From positions 44,950,001-45,014,000 of the forward strand of contig NC_091995.1 in NCBI RefSeq assembly GCF_044704955.1: a stretch of DNA of 64,000 nt. The letters run 5' to 3'. Shown piece by piece: positions 1-11,249 of this stretch. Source of the stretch: Pristiophorus japonicus. Its lineage: Eukaryota. The position numbers were made by a program, and so were the translations under genes. Under the pieces are notes generated by a model. It saw only the letters and a program-made list of their open reading frames with translations. It searched no databases and had not been told where the DNA came from. The number at the start of each line of letters is the position of its first letter. The first letter of the stretch is position 1.

Positions 1-135
1 AGTTTCATGCACAAGGACGGTTCAATGTTTTTTGTTTACTCCTAAAAGAGTTTAAAAAAAAAAAAATTCCCCCAGATCGGGGGGCACGGTTTAATGTTTT
101 TTGTTTACTGCTAAAAGAGTTTCATGCACAAGGAC

Positions 136-636
136 CACTAGGTCCCTCTGCACCGCAGCATGTTGTCATTTCTCCCCATTCAAATAGTATTCCTTTTTTT
201 TGTTTTTTTTCCCAAGGTGGATGACCTCACCCTTTCCGACATTGTATTCCATCTGCCAAACCTTAGCCCATTTGCTTAACCTATCTCAATCTCTTTGCAG
301 CCTCTCTGTGTCCTCTACACACCCGCTTTCCCACTAATCTTTGTGTCATCTGCAAATTTTGTTACACTACACTCTGTCCCCTCTTCCAGGTCATCTATGT
401 ATATTGTAAACAGTTGTGGTCCCAGCACCGATCCCTGTGGCACACCACTAACCACCGATTTCCAACCTGAAAAGGACCCATTTATCCCGACTCTCTGCTT
501 TCTGTTCGCCAGCCAATTCTCTATCCATGCTAATACATTTCCTCTGACTCCGCGTACCTTTATCTTCTGCAGTAACCTTTTGTGTGGCACCTTATCGAAT
601 GCCTTTTGAAAATCTAAATACACCACATCCATCGGT
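136..636 (-). mobile_element. CR1 LINE RT fragment
   Basis: ORF 315..632 [17 protein letters not shown]...[10 protein letters not shown]...FADDTK. Confidence 0.93.
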
Positions 637-730
637 ACTGAGGGCCGAGGGACCGGTTACTGAGGGCCGAGGGACCGGTTACTGAGGGCCGAGGGACCGG
701 TTGCTGAGGGCCGAGGGCCAAGGGACTGGA
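637..730. repeat. 22-bp minisatellite (TACTGAGGGCCGAGGGACCGGT)n, ~4 copies
   Basis: Direct tandem copies visible; related to the 50-bp array at 39411. Confidence 0.85.
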
Positions 731-1687
731 ATCTGCGGCCTGCTGGGTGAAGTAACTGGCCTGGCCTGTGGGAAGATGCCGACCGCCCTGAATTTCAGGA
801 ACAAGAGCTTGAGCCGGCGGCTGCCCAACACGAGCACCTTCCCCCTCCAGCACTTGGGTCAATATAAATAATGAGGAGAACTTGATGAAGTGCCTGAGAG
901 AGAGTAAGTTTGAGCATTGTGTGTGTGGGGAACAATCAGAGCAATACCTGCGGTGCACAATGGACAGGCCGCTGGTGACAAAAGGGCCCCTGGAGAAAGT
1001 CGCTGCAAAGATCTCCAACAGAAATGTCGCAGGAACAGAATCAGACGGTGAGCCGACAGAAGCACAGGACGTCGCAACTACAGACTAAAGGGTCATTGAT
1101 GGATATTTTCAGACCGAATTTCTACATCTTGTCAAATAAATTCCGTTTCTGGGTCAGAAATGTGGAATAATGATATTTAAAAAGGGAGAGGGGGAGCCTG
1201 GAAATAGAGCGGGAGCCGCTCGCGGGCCCGGGGGGAAAGAGAGGTGGGGAAAGCCTGGAAACAGAGCGGGAGCCACGAGGACAGGGAGGGAGCGGCGCGA
1301 GCACCAATCGCCGGCCCGCGCTCACCGCCTGCTGACCTCTCACCTCACCAGGGCGGCCAATCAACTGCCAGGAGCCGCTGGGAGCGCGGGAGAAAAGACA
1401 ATGGAGGAAGCCCCGCCCAACAACAACAACAACTTGCATTGATGCAGCGCCTTTACCGCAGTGAAACAGCTCAGGGGGCGAAATCAGACACAAGACTTCA
1501 TGTCTATTTCCCAAAACAGTTTCCCCCTCCTGTATTGTTTGCAATGCATCACCTCCAGATCTACATTTTTGAAAACATTTTGTATTATTATCAATTTCAA
1601 AAAGATTTAACCTCTTTGAAACCTTTCAAAATAAACTAACTCTCCTTTCCCCTCACCCACCGGGCCAGGTGTGGTTGACTCCTAAAT

Positions 1688-1910
1688 CATCATCATAGGC
1701 GGTCCCTCGAACGAGGATGACTTGCTTCCACATGAGTTCACGGATGTTAAATGAATGACCCAATATTCCAGGGGTGGAAGATGCCTGTGTGTGGATTTTT
1801 TTAACGTGTGCTGACCGTTGCACATCAGCCTCCACACGGGCTTGTCAGAGCTAAGCCTTTATCCAGTGACAAGGGTTAACCAGGATGACTGGAGACCTGC
1901 TCTGCTGCAC
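1688..1910 (-). mobile_element. RTE-mobilised SINE, 5'-truncated, 10-bp TSD ACTCCTAAAT
   Basis: TSD at 1678-1687 and 1911-1920, (ATG)n tail, 3' end shared with the RTE LINE fragment at 27365 and the element at 52978. Confidence 0.85.
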
Positions 1911-2070
1911 ACTCCTAAATAATAATAATAAAACTGGTTGGACCACCCGACATCGACCTCGCCATCGGATCCAGACACGATAACGGAAACCCAGCCCAGT
2001 CGACCCTGCAAAGTCCTCCTCACCAACATCTGGGGACTTGTGCCAAAATTGGGAGAGCTATCCCACAGGC

Positions 2071-2535
2071 TAAGAAAGAAAGACTTACATTTATATAGCA
2101 CCTTTCACGACCGCCGGATGTCTCAGTGCTTTACATCCAATGAAGTACTTTTGGAGTGTAGTCACTGTTGTAATGTGGGAAACACGGCAGCCAATTTGCG
2201 CACAGCAAGCTCCCACAAACAGCAATGTGATAATGACCAGATAATCTGTTTTTGTTATGTTGATTGAGGAATAAATATTGGCCAGGAGATCAGTGATAAC
2301 TCCCCTGCTCTTCTTCAATATAGTGCCATGGGATCTTTTACATCCACTTGACGGCAGACTTTCGGTTTAACATCTCATCTGAAAGACGGCACCTCCGATA
2401 GTGCAGCCACTCCCTCAGCACTGCAGTGGAGTGTCAGCCAAGATTTATGTGCTCAAGTCTCTGGACTTGGACTTGAATCCACAACCTTCTGACTCAGGGG
2501 CGAGAGTGCTGCCCACTGAGCCACTAGCTGACACT
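2071..2535 (-). mobile_element. tRNA-derived Deu-domain SINE (SacSINE1-like)
   Basis: Core ATAGTGCCATGGGATCTTTTACATCCAC...GAAAGACGGCACCTCCGA, tRNA-like head (minus strand TGGCTCAGTGG...GGATTCAAGTCC) and L2-like tail. Confidence 0.85.
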
Positions 2536-5479
2536 CAGGGATGGATTAAGGGTGCCTCGGGCCCCAGGCAGTACCTTGGCCATGGGCCCCCTACTCCCAT
2601 TCACATTCGGCAGTAAATGACATTCGTGAACTAAGTCACAGGGCACTATACTGAGTATGCATCAGGTCAAGGTCAGGTCAGTGTCTACATCTCAAGTTAT
2701 GTTCTCATTGATACTATGATGACACTCATTTAATATTTTATTCTGTTTCCAAACAATCAATCCCATACCTTGATGAAACCCTGTATAAACAGCAAACAAC
2801 AACGCTTTAATTTTTTAAAATCCCTACATTTTGAAACTGAATCGACAATGATGACAGCTTAGAACAAGACATTTTTGGAAGACCATCATTTGTCATTTAA
2901 TTCCATTTTCTCCACAGAGGCAATTACAAGTATAACATTACATTGGTATTTTTCTAGATTTTTGTCGGCTAAACTTGTCAATGATTTTCGAGAAGTCAGG
3001 TCCTCTCAGTATTTCGCTCCCGATGCTCACAATTGAAAGACTATTGTCGATCTTGTCCCATTCGGTTCCTGACCTCATCCTTGTTGAGTTTTAGTTTGGA
3101 GAAGGACCGCTCACCACTGCAATTTGAGACCATCATCGACAGATATATCCGAAGAGCTATTTCAATGTCATAAAAGGTTTGATTGAGGACGTGTGTATGG
3201 AGGTATTGGTATATTCTCAGCTCTGCTGACTTAGTTTGTTTGACACAAATTGAGGTTTGAAGCTCTGGTGAGGATGCCACCAAGCAAGAAAACTGGATAA
3301 ATTCACTTTCAATCACAGGTTCCAGATCTTTGGGAGAGGAGCAAGCAAGATTAGCTGCAGCTTGCTTGCTCTCATGAGTCGAGAGAGCGGCTAGCTTGGA
3401 CAGGAATCCAAACTTACAGTTGATTTCCTTGTATTCTTCAAGGCGGTGTTTTAAGGTACTGATTAGTTGATCAATGATGACAAGGAACACTTCAGTTTAG
3501 AATTTCTCCTTGGGTGACAGCACAGTGCTTTCAGCAGCTCCATCGTCATAGCGACAGTTGCGTACCCGGACGCGCCTCTGAGCTGAATTGTACTCGTTGT
3601 GGCCCACAGTTTAATCCCGAGGTCTTCGAAGTCCTCAAACTCTATCCGCTGGGTCTCGACAAAATCGACAGGAAACTCGAGTAAGGACACCATGACATTC
3701 AGATTCATGCCGGTCACTTGAAGCGAGAGATTGGTCAGGTGAAAGCGCTTCAAGACTGTGTTCCAAATAACAATGAGAATAGCTGAATCCAGTTTGCCCA
3801 AGTTTGTTAACGAGCAACTGAGTTTCATTTTGGCATTCAACTTTCTGTTCCATGTCAGTTGCCAGGGATTCCAACACTTTGCATATGGGAGTGTAACCTT
3901 TGAGTAAGGCTAACACTGCTTCATACCTTGCTTCATACCATCGAGTAGCTGAAAGCTGTTTGACGACAGACAGCCCTAAAGGCTTTCGTTTTTCATAAAC
4001 CAATCGCCAGTGATACGTCGATGCAAAGAGAAAAGTGTACAACTTTTGTACAATGTCAAAAAATCTGACAATCACTGGGCTGTATTCAGCACTGTTTTTC
4101 TCCACAAAGTTGAGTGAGTGATCTGCGCATGGTATAAATGTTGCATATGGGCATTGCTCTTTGATGATAGTTTGGACACCAATGTATTTCCCACTCATAT
4201 TTGAAGCATTATCATAAGATTGTCCGCGACAATTTTGTATGTTGATCCCGTTCTCATCCAGAAAGGCCAGTATTATGTCAGCCGATCTGAGTGTGTGACA
4301 TCTGGCTTTGACTCAACAGATATTGAATAGAACTTCACTGATTTCAATTCCTGGATGATCGTCTCAAGTAACTTGCCACCCATCAAACTAATCAGTTCTT
4401 CACTAGTGGTAGGAGACAAGTATGAAGTATGCCCCTTGCCTTTGTTGACGAACCGCTTGATGTGTTCAGCAAGAAATGCATCGTAGTTTGCGAGAACCTC
4501 CAACACACCCAGATTATTTGGAGACCCAACGATTTTGTCTCTGCCTCGCAATGAAAGATCTCGTTCACAGAGTAACGTTATCACACAGACAGCCCGCTCT
4601 AGCACCTTGCACCAGTATTGTCATTCATTTTCAAACTGGAAGACAATATGACCATCCACACAACCAGTGCCTGCTTGTCTAGTGCACATTACTACCATGG
4701 CTTCTCTATGCTGGTGGCTGTTTTTCTTAGTGAGATGAAATCCTCTCATCCCCATGCTTCCAGTCATTAAATCCATGAGTAAAGTGGCTACTTGTTCGTG
4801 CTGTGACCTTGTAAGCAGAGCAGTATACTCTACCATTTGATGGTGAATAACAGAGCCACGATCGCTCCACACGTTCCCCTGTCAGCGGGTGCACACGTGT
4901 GAAGAAGGACTTTGAACAGTATCGGCGACATCCTTCTTTGGCATGAATCACGCCGGAGTTTTGCGTGACTTCTGAGATATTGTCTCCCCACAGCCCAATG
5001 CCACTCATAAGTTGTGCCTCTTTCAGCTCAGTATGCACCAGTTGGTTTTCATCTTCTTCAACATTTGGACTGGGAGCTCCAAGTCGCCCAACTCCGGGTC
5101 TGGTGCCACTCGTGGTTTTGTTGTTGAAGTTGACTGCACAGCGTCGTCTTGGCCTTCGTCTTCATGATCTTGAGTTTTTAGTGAGAAAAAATTATCTAGT
5201 TTAAGCAGTTTAGCTACTTCTCGTCTCTTTTGCTCCTCACGTAGATGGTGCTCTTTCCTTTTTTTCGCCCCCGTTTTGTGTGTAGAATGCATCTCTAGAA
5301 AAAGGGCATCTAGAGTCTGTTTACATCGAGTCGAGAATAACATGCACTGAGCCCTCGCGGCTTCGCTCTTGCTACGTCACATGTCAATACTGTTTATCCT
5401 TACCCATAATCCCACCCTGTATGGGCCCCGCTCTAGACTGCCCCATCTGCCCCCGTGACCCCTCCTTAATCCGCCCCTG
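2536..5479 (-). mobile_element. Degenerate hAT DNA transposon (ZMYM1/DUF4371-type transposase, multiply frameshifted)
   Basis: TIRs CAGGGATGGATTAAGG (2536) and CCTTAATCCGCCCCTG (ending 5479). ORF pieces: TGAKKRK N-terminus, TTF zinc finger RSWLCYS..VYC, FYSISVESKPD, YDNASNMSGKY.GVQ, CADHSL, LSATRW, and dimerisation motif ALRIYLSMMVSNCSGERSFSKLK. Confidence 0.93.
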
Positions 5480-5484
5480 AACAT

Positions 5485-5845
5485 GCTGGTATTTGTTGGT
5501 CGCTGCGGGCCTCTGTTGGTATCGGCTGGTCTTTGTTTGTTGGTATCTGCTGGTTTCTGCCGGTCTCTGTTAGTCTCTACAGGTTTCTGCCAGTCTCTGC
5601 TTGCCTCTGCTGGGCTTTGACGGTTTCTGCCAGTCTCTGCTGGTCTATGTTAGTTTCTGTTAGTCTCTGCTGGTCTTTTATGGTCCCTGTAGTCTCTGCT
5701 AGTTTCTGCTGGTCTCTGTTAGTCTCTGCTGGTCTTTGATGATCTCTGTTGGTATCTGCCAGTCTCTGCTGGTTTCTGCCAGTCTCTGCTGGTTTCTGCC
5801 AGTCTCTGCTGGTCTCTGACGGTCTCTGCTTGTTACTGCTGGTCT
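5485..5845. repeat. Degenerate ~10-bp-unit tandem repeat (CTGCTGGTCT/CTGCCAGTCT) abutting the TM exon
   Basis: Visible tandem structure; the minus-strand frame reads roughly (QQRLAETNRD)n. Confidence 0.9.
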
Positions 5846-5848
5846 TGC

Positions 5849-5962
5849 CATTGTGCCTCTTGCTCCAGAGGCCAATTCCAGCGATGATAGCAAGAAGACT
5901 GAGTGAGATGGCTGCTGCTGCAATCATAATCCTGACCTTCAAGCCTCCTTGTGATGCTCTCT
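5849..5962 (-). CDS. MHC class I-like heavy chain, exon 5 (connecting peptide, transmembrane helix, basic stop-transfer)
   Basis: Acceptor gtctgcag|AG is phase 1 and in frame with alpha3, giving ERASQGGLKVR-IMIAAAAISLSLLAIIAGIGLW-SKRHNG. The 3' end is uncertain: a GC donor after 5849, a GT donor after 5837, or read-through to the stop at 5577. Confidence 0.75.
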
Positions 5963-6114
5963 CTGCAGACATGTACAGTGTACTTTAAAATAATATTGAT
6001 CAATAACAATTTCCGTATGATTTCATTATGTACTTCATTAAGTTGCGAACTAGCTCTGTACCTGCTTGATTGTAAAGAAATTCTTCGATTATGTCGAGTC
6101 TTTCAGAAACTCAG

Positions 6115-6320
6115 TTTAGTTTTGGATTGACACAGGGCAATGGGGAGAGAGCAGGGCAGTGTGATTAGTTTAGGATTGATACAGGGCTATGGAGAGAGTG
6201 GGCAGTGAGACTAGTTTTGGATTGACACAGGGCAATGGGGAGAGAGCGAGGCATTGGGATTAGTTTGGCATTACTCTAGCAAGGAGCATGGACACAACGG
6301 GCCAAATGGCCTCCTGTGTA
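6115..6320 (+). repeat. Tandemly reiterated CR1 3'-end segment (~50 bp, 3 copies)
   Basis: ggattgacacagggcaatggggagagagc...gattagttt is repeated and followed by the CR1 3' motif gggccaaatggcctcct. Confidence 0.65.
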
Positions 6321-6574
6321 GTAACCCTCTCTGCGCCGCCATTCTAACATGCCCTGTTGTACATTCTCTATTTAAGAACAGGACTGGCTCTCCAGTTCAA
6401 ACACTCCCACTCAGCACCGGCCCCGGGTTAAACCTGGGACTCTCTGGTCTGCATGTCTTAATTCTACATTGGGCAGTCCATTTACTAATTGTGTTATATG
6501 GGCAATTGAAGGGGTTTATCCTCAGTGTAACACAGTGAAATATTTACAAGGGAGGTGGAAATATGCTTTTGAAA

Positions 6575-6858
6575 GAAAGAAAAAAGAAAGATTTGCATTT
6601 ATATAGCAACTTTTATAACCTCAGGATGTCCCAAAGCACTTTACAGCCAATGAAGTACTTTTGAAGTGCAGTCACTCTTGCAATGTAGGAAATGCAACAG
6701 TTAATTGTGCGCACAGCAAGCTCCCACAAACAGCAATGTAATAATGACCAGATAATCTGTTTTAGTGATGTTGGTTGGGGGATAAATATTGGCCCCAGGA
6801 TACCAGGGAGAGCTCCCCTGCTCTTCTTCAAAGAGTGCTGTGGCTCTTTTACATCCAT
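6575..6858 (-). mobile_element. Deu-domain SINE 3' part
   Basis: gcatttatatagc...gcacagcaagctcccacaaacagcaatg matches the other copies. Confidence 0.85.
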
Positions 6859-7349
6859 TTGTTCATCTCACCGAATTGTTCCAATCCTCACCTCCCAAGA
6901 GTTCCTGGCCACGTTAATCAGTTGTCTAACCATCAGTGAGTGATTCTGGCTTGGAGTGAGCTCCGTGGGGCCTCTTTGGGTCGAGGTAGCTCCAAGATGA
7001 CAACCTAGTGGTGGAAGCTGGTTAGCCAGTGGTAGACTCGGTAACCTGATAACTCAACCAGGGAGTCCATCGCACTCCAGGCCCTGATGGCCATCGACCA
7101 GCCAGCCTGGTGACTGATCGAAGAGTAGATCTGACACAGAGGGTGGACATTTTTCCCAATTAGACCAAGGCCCTAACTGGTGAGACTGCCCTGGTTGGCC
7201 AAGCAACAGGAAGTTTACCAGTGCTCAGTACTGCTAGACTGTGTGGCTTTAGCTGGTTAAACTCCACCAGTGCTCCTGCACAGAACTGGGGCTCCCTAAG
7301 CCTTTGCTCTGTCAACCACATTTCTGGTCTTCATATTATAAAAATTATA

Positions 7350-7848
7350 GGTGCAAAAAAAAGGTTTACTAGAATGATACCAGAACTGAGAGATTATACC
7401 AATCAGGTGAGGTTTAACAGGCTGAGGCTTTTGACTTTAGAAAAGAGAAGGCAGAGGGGTGATCTGATAGAGGTCTTCAAAATGTTAAAGGGTTTTGTTA
7501 GGGTAGACATAGAGAAGATGTTTCCACTTCTGGGGGAGTCCAAAACTAGAGGCCATGAATAAATATAGTCACTAATAAATCCATTAAGGAATTCAGGAGA
7601 AACTTCTTTATCCAGAGAGTGGTTAGAATGTGGAACTCACTACCACATGGAGTGGTTGAGGCGAATAGTACAGATGCATTTAAGGGGAAGCTGGATAAGT
7701 ACATGAGGGAGAAAGGAATAGAAGGCTATGTTGATAGGGTGAGATACAGTAGAGTGGGAGGAGGCTCGTGTGGAGCATAAACACCGGCATGGACCAGTTG
7801 GGCCGAATGGCCCGTTTCTGTGCTGTACATTCTCTGTAATTCTATGTA
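7350..7848 (+). mobile_element. CR1 3' fragment
   Basis: RFTRMIPELR...LEKRRQRGDLIEVFK plus 3' tail. Confidence 0.88.
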
Positions 7849-8359
7849 ACCAGCACCAAATCTCTCTGGACGTGGGTAAGTGGCAGCTGTCCTTACAGGG
7901 AGAGAGCGCAGACTCCACAGTAGGCAAACAGAAACTCGAACTGGCTTTCTCAGTTTGGAGATGAGGCAGGGTGTCCACATGTGTCAGTCACCTGATTGGC
8001 CAAATATGATCTGAAGGCACTGGCTCCCTGTTGTGAGGTGATTCCAAGGTGCTGCCCACCCTCCAGTGTTTTATCCAAGTGGCCTAATCTGCGAATGTTG
8101 GCAGGTCATTGATAGGAGGGCAGGTCATCACCACCAGCACTTTCAGCAAGTGTCTGATTTCTGCATAATGGTTAGAAGCCAGAACCCTGTACAAGTGTCC
8201 CATCTAATCCAGGCCACACAACGAAGGAAGGTAGGAATATAGGAATCATTGGACATCAAGACCATCGAGTTCGCCTTCTACAATTCCAGTAGTCACATGT
8301 GACAGAGTTGTTGACAAACCAGAGAAATAAATCTCTTATCAATTAGTCCACAAGGCAGA

Positions 8360-8825
8360 GGTCAGAAGCTCGTGGGTTCAAGTCCACTCCAGAAACTTAA
8401 GGACAAAAAGTTAGGCTGACACTTCAGAGCAGTACTGAGGGAGCGCTGCATTGTGAGAGGGGCAGTACTGTGAGAATGCTGCACTGTTGGAGGGGCAGTA
8501 CTGAGGGAGTGCTGCACTATCGGGGGTCAGTACTGAGGGAGTGCTGCACTGTTGGAGGGGAGGTACTGAGGGAGTGCTGCACTGTGGGAGGGGCAGTACT
8601 GAGGGAGTGCTGCACTGTTGGAGGGGCAGTACTGGTGGAGTGCTGCACTGTCAGAAGATCAGTACTGAAGGAGTGCTGCATTGTCAGAGGGGCAGTACTG
8701 AGGGAGTGCTGCACTGTCGGAGGGAAAGTACTGAGGGAGTGCTGCGTTGTCGGAGGGGCAGTACTGAGGGTGTGCTGCACTGTCGGAGGGACAGTACTGA
8801 GAGAGTGCTGCACTGTCGGAGGGTC
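8360..8825 (+). repeat. SINE head with internal 33-bp minisatellite (GGGAGTGCTGCACTGTCGGAGGGGCAGTACTGA)n
   Basis: About 12 copies; source of the spurious (RECCTVGGAVL)n ORFs. Confidence 0.9.
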
Positions 8826-9145
8826 CCCTCAGCATCCTCTGCTCCAAGGAGTATCACAAGCACTGATCCTTGCGGTCCCCAACTAGTTACAGTCTGCCAA
8901 CCAGAAAAAGTTCCGTTTATTCCAACTCTCTGTTTTCTGTCCATTCACCAATCCTCAATCCACGCGATTATATTACCCCCAATCCCATGAGTCCTAATTT
9001 TGTGTAATAACCACGTGTGGCACCTTTTCGAATGATTTTTGAAAATCCAAATACACCACATCCACTGGTTCCCCCTTATCCATCCTACCAGTTACATCTT
9101 CAAAAAATTCTAACAGATTTGTCAAACACAATTTCCCATTCATTA

Positions 9146-10265
9146 AAGGGACTGCGTTTTTTCTGTCCTTCTGCGCATGTATCTGTCGAGACTCCGCCCC
9201 CGATGTCTCCCGCCCGGACCGGAAGTGCGGCCCCGAACCTGAATCATTCCGACCACGGTGTTACTGATCCTCCGCGAGCCTGCCGACGGACCTGGGCCCC
9301 CGAGTCCCCCGCTGAGCCTCCTGCTCCTCCCACAGTGCCGAGCCTCCGAGCAGCCGCCAGCGCTGAGCGGCCCCGACCCCCGAGCGGCCCCGACCCCTGA
9401 GCAGACCCGACCCGAGCGGCCCCGACCCCCGAGCGGCCCCGACTCGAGCGGCCCCGACCCGATCGGCCCCGGCACGAGCGGCCCCGACCCCCGAGCGGCC
9501 CCGACCCCCGAGCGGCCCCGACTCGAGCGGCCCCGACACCCGAGCGGCCCCTACCCCTGAGCGGCCCCGACCCGAGTGGCCCCGACCCCTGAGCAACCCC
9601 GACCCCCGAGCGGCCCCGACACCTGAGCGGCCCCGACCCGAGCGACCCCGGCACGAGCGGCCCCGACACCCGAGCGGCCCCTACCCCTGAGCGGCCCCGA
9701 CCCGAGTGGCCCCGACCCCTGAGCAACCCCGACCCGAGCGGCCCCGACACCTGAGCGGCCCCGACCCGAGCGACCCCGACCCGAGCGTCCCCGACCCCCG
9801 AGCGGCCCCGACCCGAGTGGCCCCGAGCGCTGAGCAGCCCCGGCCCGAGCGGGCGGCCGAGAGCGGGGGGGCAGGGAAGAGAGAGCCTAGAAATGGGGGC
9901 GGGGGTGGGAGGGAAGAGAAAGAGTCTGGGGTGGGAGGAAGGGAGAGAGCGAGAGATAGCATCTGGGAGGGGAGTGGGGCGGGTGAGAGAGAGCCTGGGA
10001 TGGGAGGGAGGGAGAGAGCGTCTGGGGGGAGGGGGGAGACAGAGTCGGTGGGGGGGAAGGGAGGGAGAGAGTCTGGGGGCAGGGGGAGAGAGAGCTTGAG
10101 GTGGGAGGAAGAGAGAGCTTGAGGTGGGAGGGATGGAGAGAGAGAGAGTCTGGAGGGGAGGGGGAGAGAGAGAGTCTGGAGGGGAGGGGGAGAGAGAGAG
10201 ACTGGGGGGAGGGAGAGAGAGAGAGAGACTGGGGGGAGGGGGAGAGAGAGTCTGGCGGGGGTGCG
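9146..10265. mobile_element. GC-rich composite element inserted in a CR1: CTGCGCATG head, (CCCGAGCGGCCCCGAC)n array, GA-rich array
   Basis: Flanked by minus-strand CR1 pieces; same architecture as 23500-24910. Confidence 0.6.
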
Positions 10266-10329
10266 GGGGTTACGTTTGCTATGTTCCAATCCTTGGGGAC
10301 TGTTCTCGGGAATTCTGGAAGATCAATAA

Positions 10330-11240
10330 TGAGTTGGACAAAGAGGCCGAGATACAAAGATGGGTGGGAAAGAAAATTGTGAGGAGGACACAAATAATCT
10401 GCAAAGGGATATAGACAGGCTAAGTGAGTGGGAAAAAATTTGGCAGATGGAGTATAATGTGGGAAAATGTAAGGTGGCAAAAAAAATAGAAAAGCAAATT
10501 ATAATTTAAATGGAGAAAAATTGCAAAGTGCTGCAGTCCAGAGGTTAGCAATGGTTAGTATGCAGGTACAGCAAGTGATCAGAAAGGCAAATGGAAAGTT
10601 GGCCTTTATTGCAAGAGGGATAGAGTATAAAAGCAGAGAAGTCCTACTACAACTGTACAGGGTATTGGTGAGGCCATACCTAGAGCACGGCATGCAGTTT
10701 TGGTCTCCGTATTTAAGGAAGGATATACTTTCATTGGAGGTTGTTCAGAGAAGGTTCACTAGGTTGATTCTGGAGATGAGGGGCTTGACATGTGGATAGG
10801 TTGAGTAGATTGGGCCGATACACATTCGAGTTCAGAAGAATGAGAGGTGATCTTATCGAAACATATAAGATAATGAGAGGGCTCACAAGGTGGATGCAGA
10901 GAGGATAATTCCACTCACAGGGGAAACTAAAACGAGGGGACATAGTCTCAGAATAAGTGGCCGCCCATTTAAAACTGAGATGAGGAGGAATTTCTTCTCT
11001 CAGACGGTTGTAAATCTGTGGAATTCTCTGCCCCAGAGAGCTGGGGAGGCTGCGTCATCAAATATATTTAAGACGGAGATAGACAGATTTTTGGGCGATA
11101 GGAATAAAGGGTTATGTGGAGCGGGCAGGAAAGTGGAGCTGAGTCCATGATCAGATCAGCCATGATCTTATTAAATGGCGGAGCGGCCTCGAGGTGTCAG
11201 ATGGCCTACTCCTGCTCCTATTTCTTATGTTTTTATGTTT
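10330..11240 (+). mobile_element. CR1 3' fragment
   Basis: RT C-terminal ORFs 10521..10799 and 10890..11150, followed by the 3' tail. Confidence 0.9.
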
Positions 11241-11249
11241 CTTTCCTTT

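Larger units (their letters stand above)
1185..2535 (-). repeat. Segmental duplicate, copy A (CpG-rich promoter-like block, LINE 5' fragment, SINE)
   Basis: Reverse complement of ~38066-39270. Both copies give the pseudo-ORF MQTIQEGETVLGNRHEVLCLISPP and share the junction tcccacaggc|taagaaagaaagac. Confidence 0.9.

Noticed and set aside
3041-5343. Host ZMYM1-like zinc finger gene
   Set aside because: Bounded by TIRs, intronless and broken by many frameshifts, so it is a decayed hAT transposase.
6860-8340. Unique-looking intronic sequence that might hide an extra exon
   Set aside because: No recognisable domain or convincing phase-1 exon found; left unassigned.
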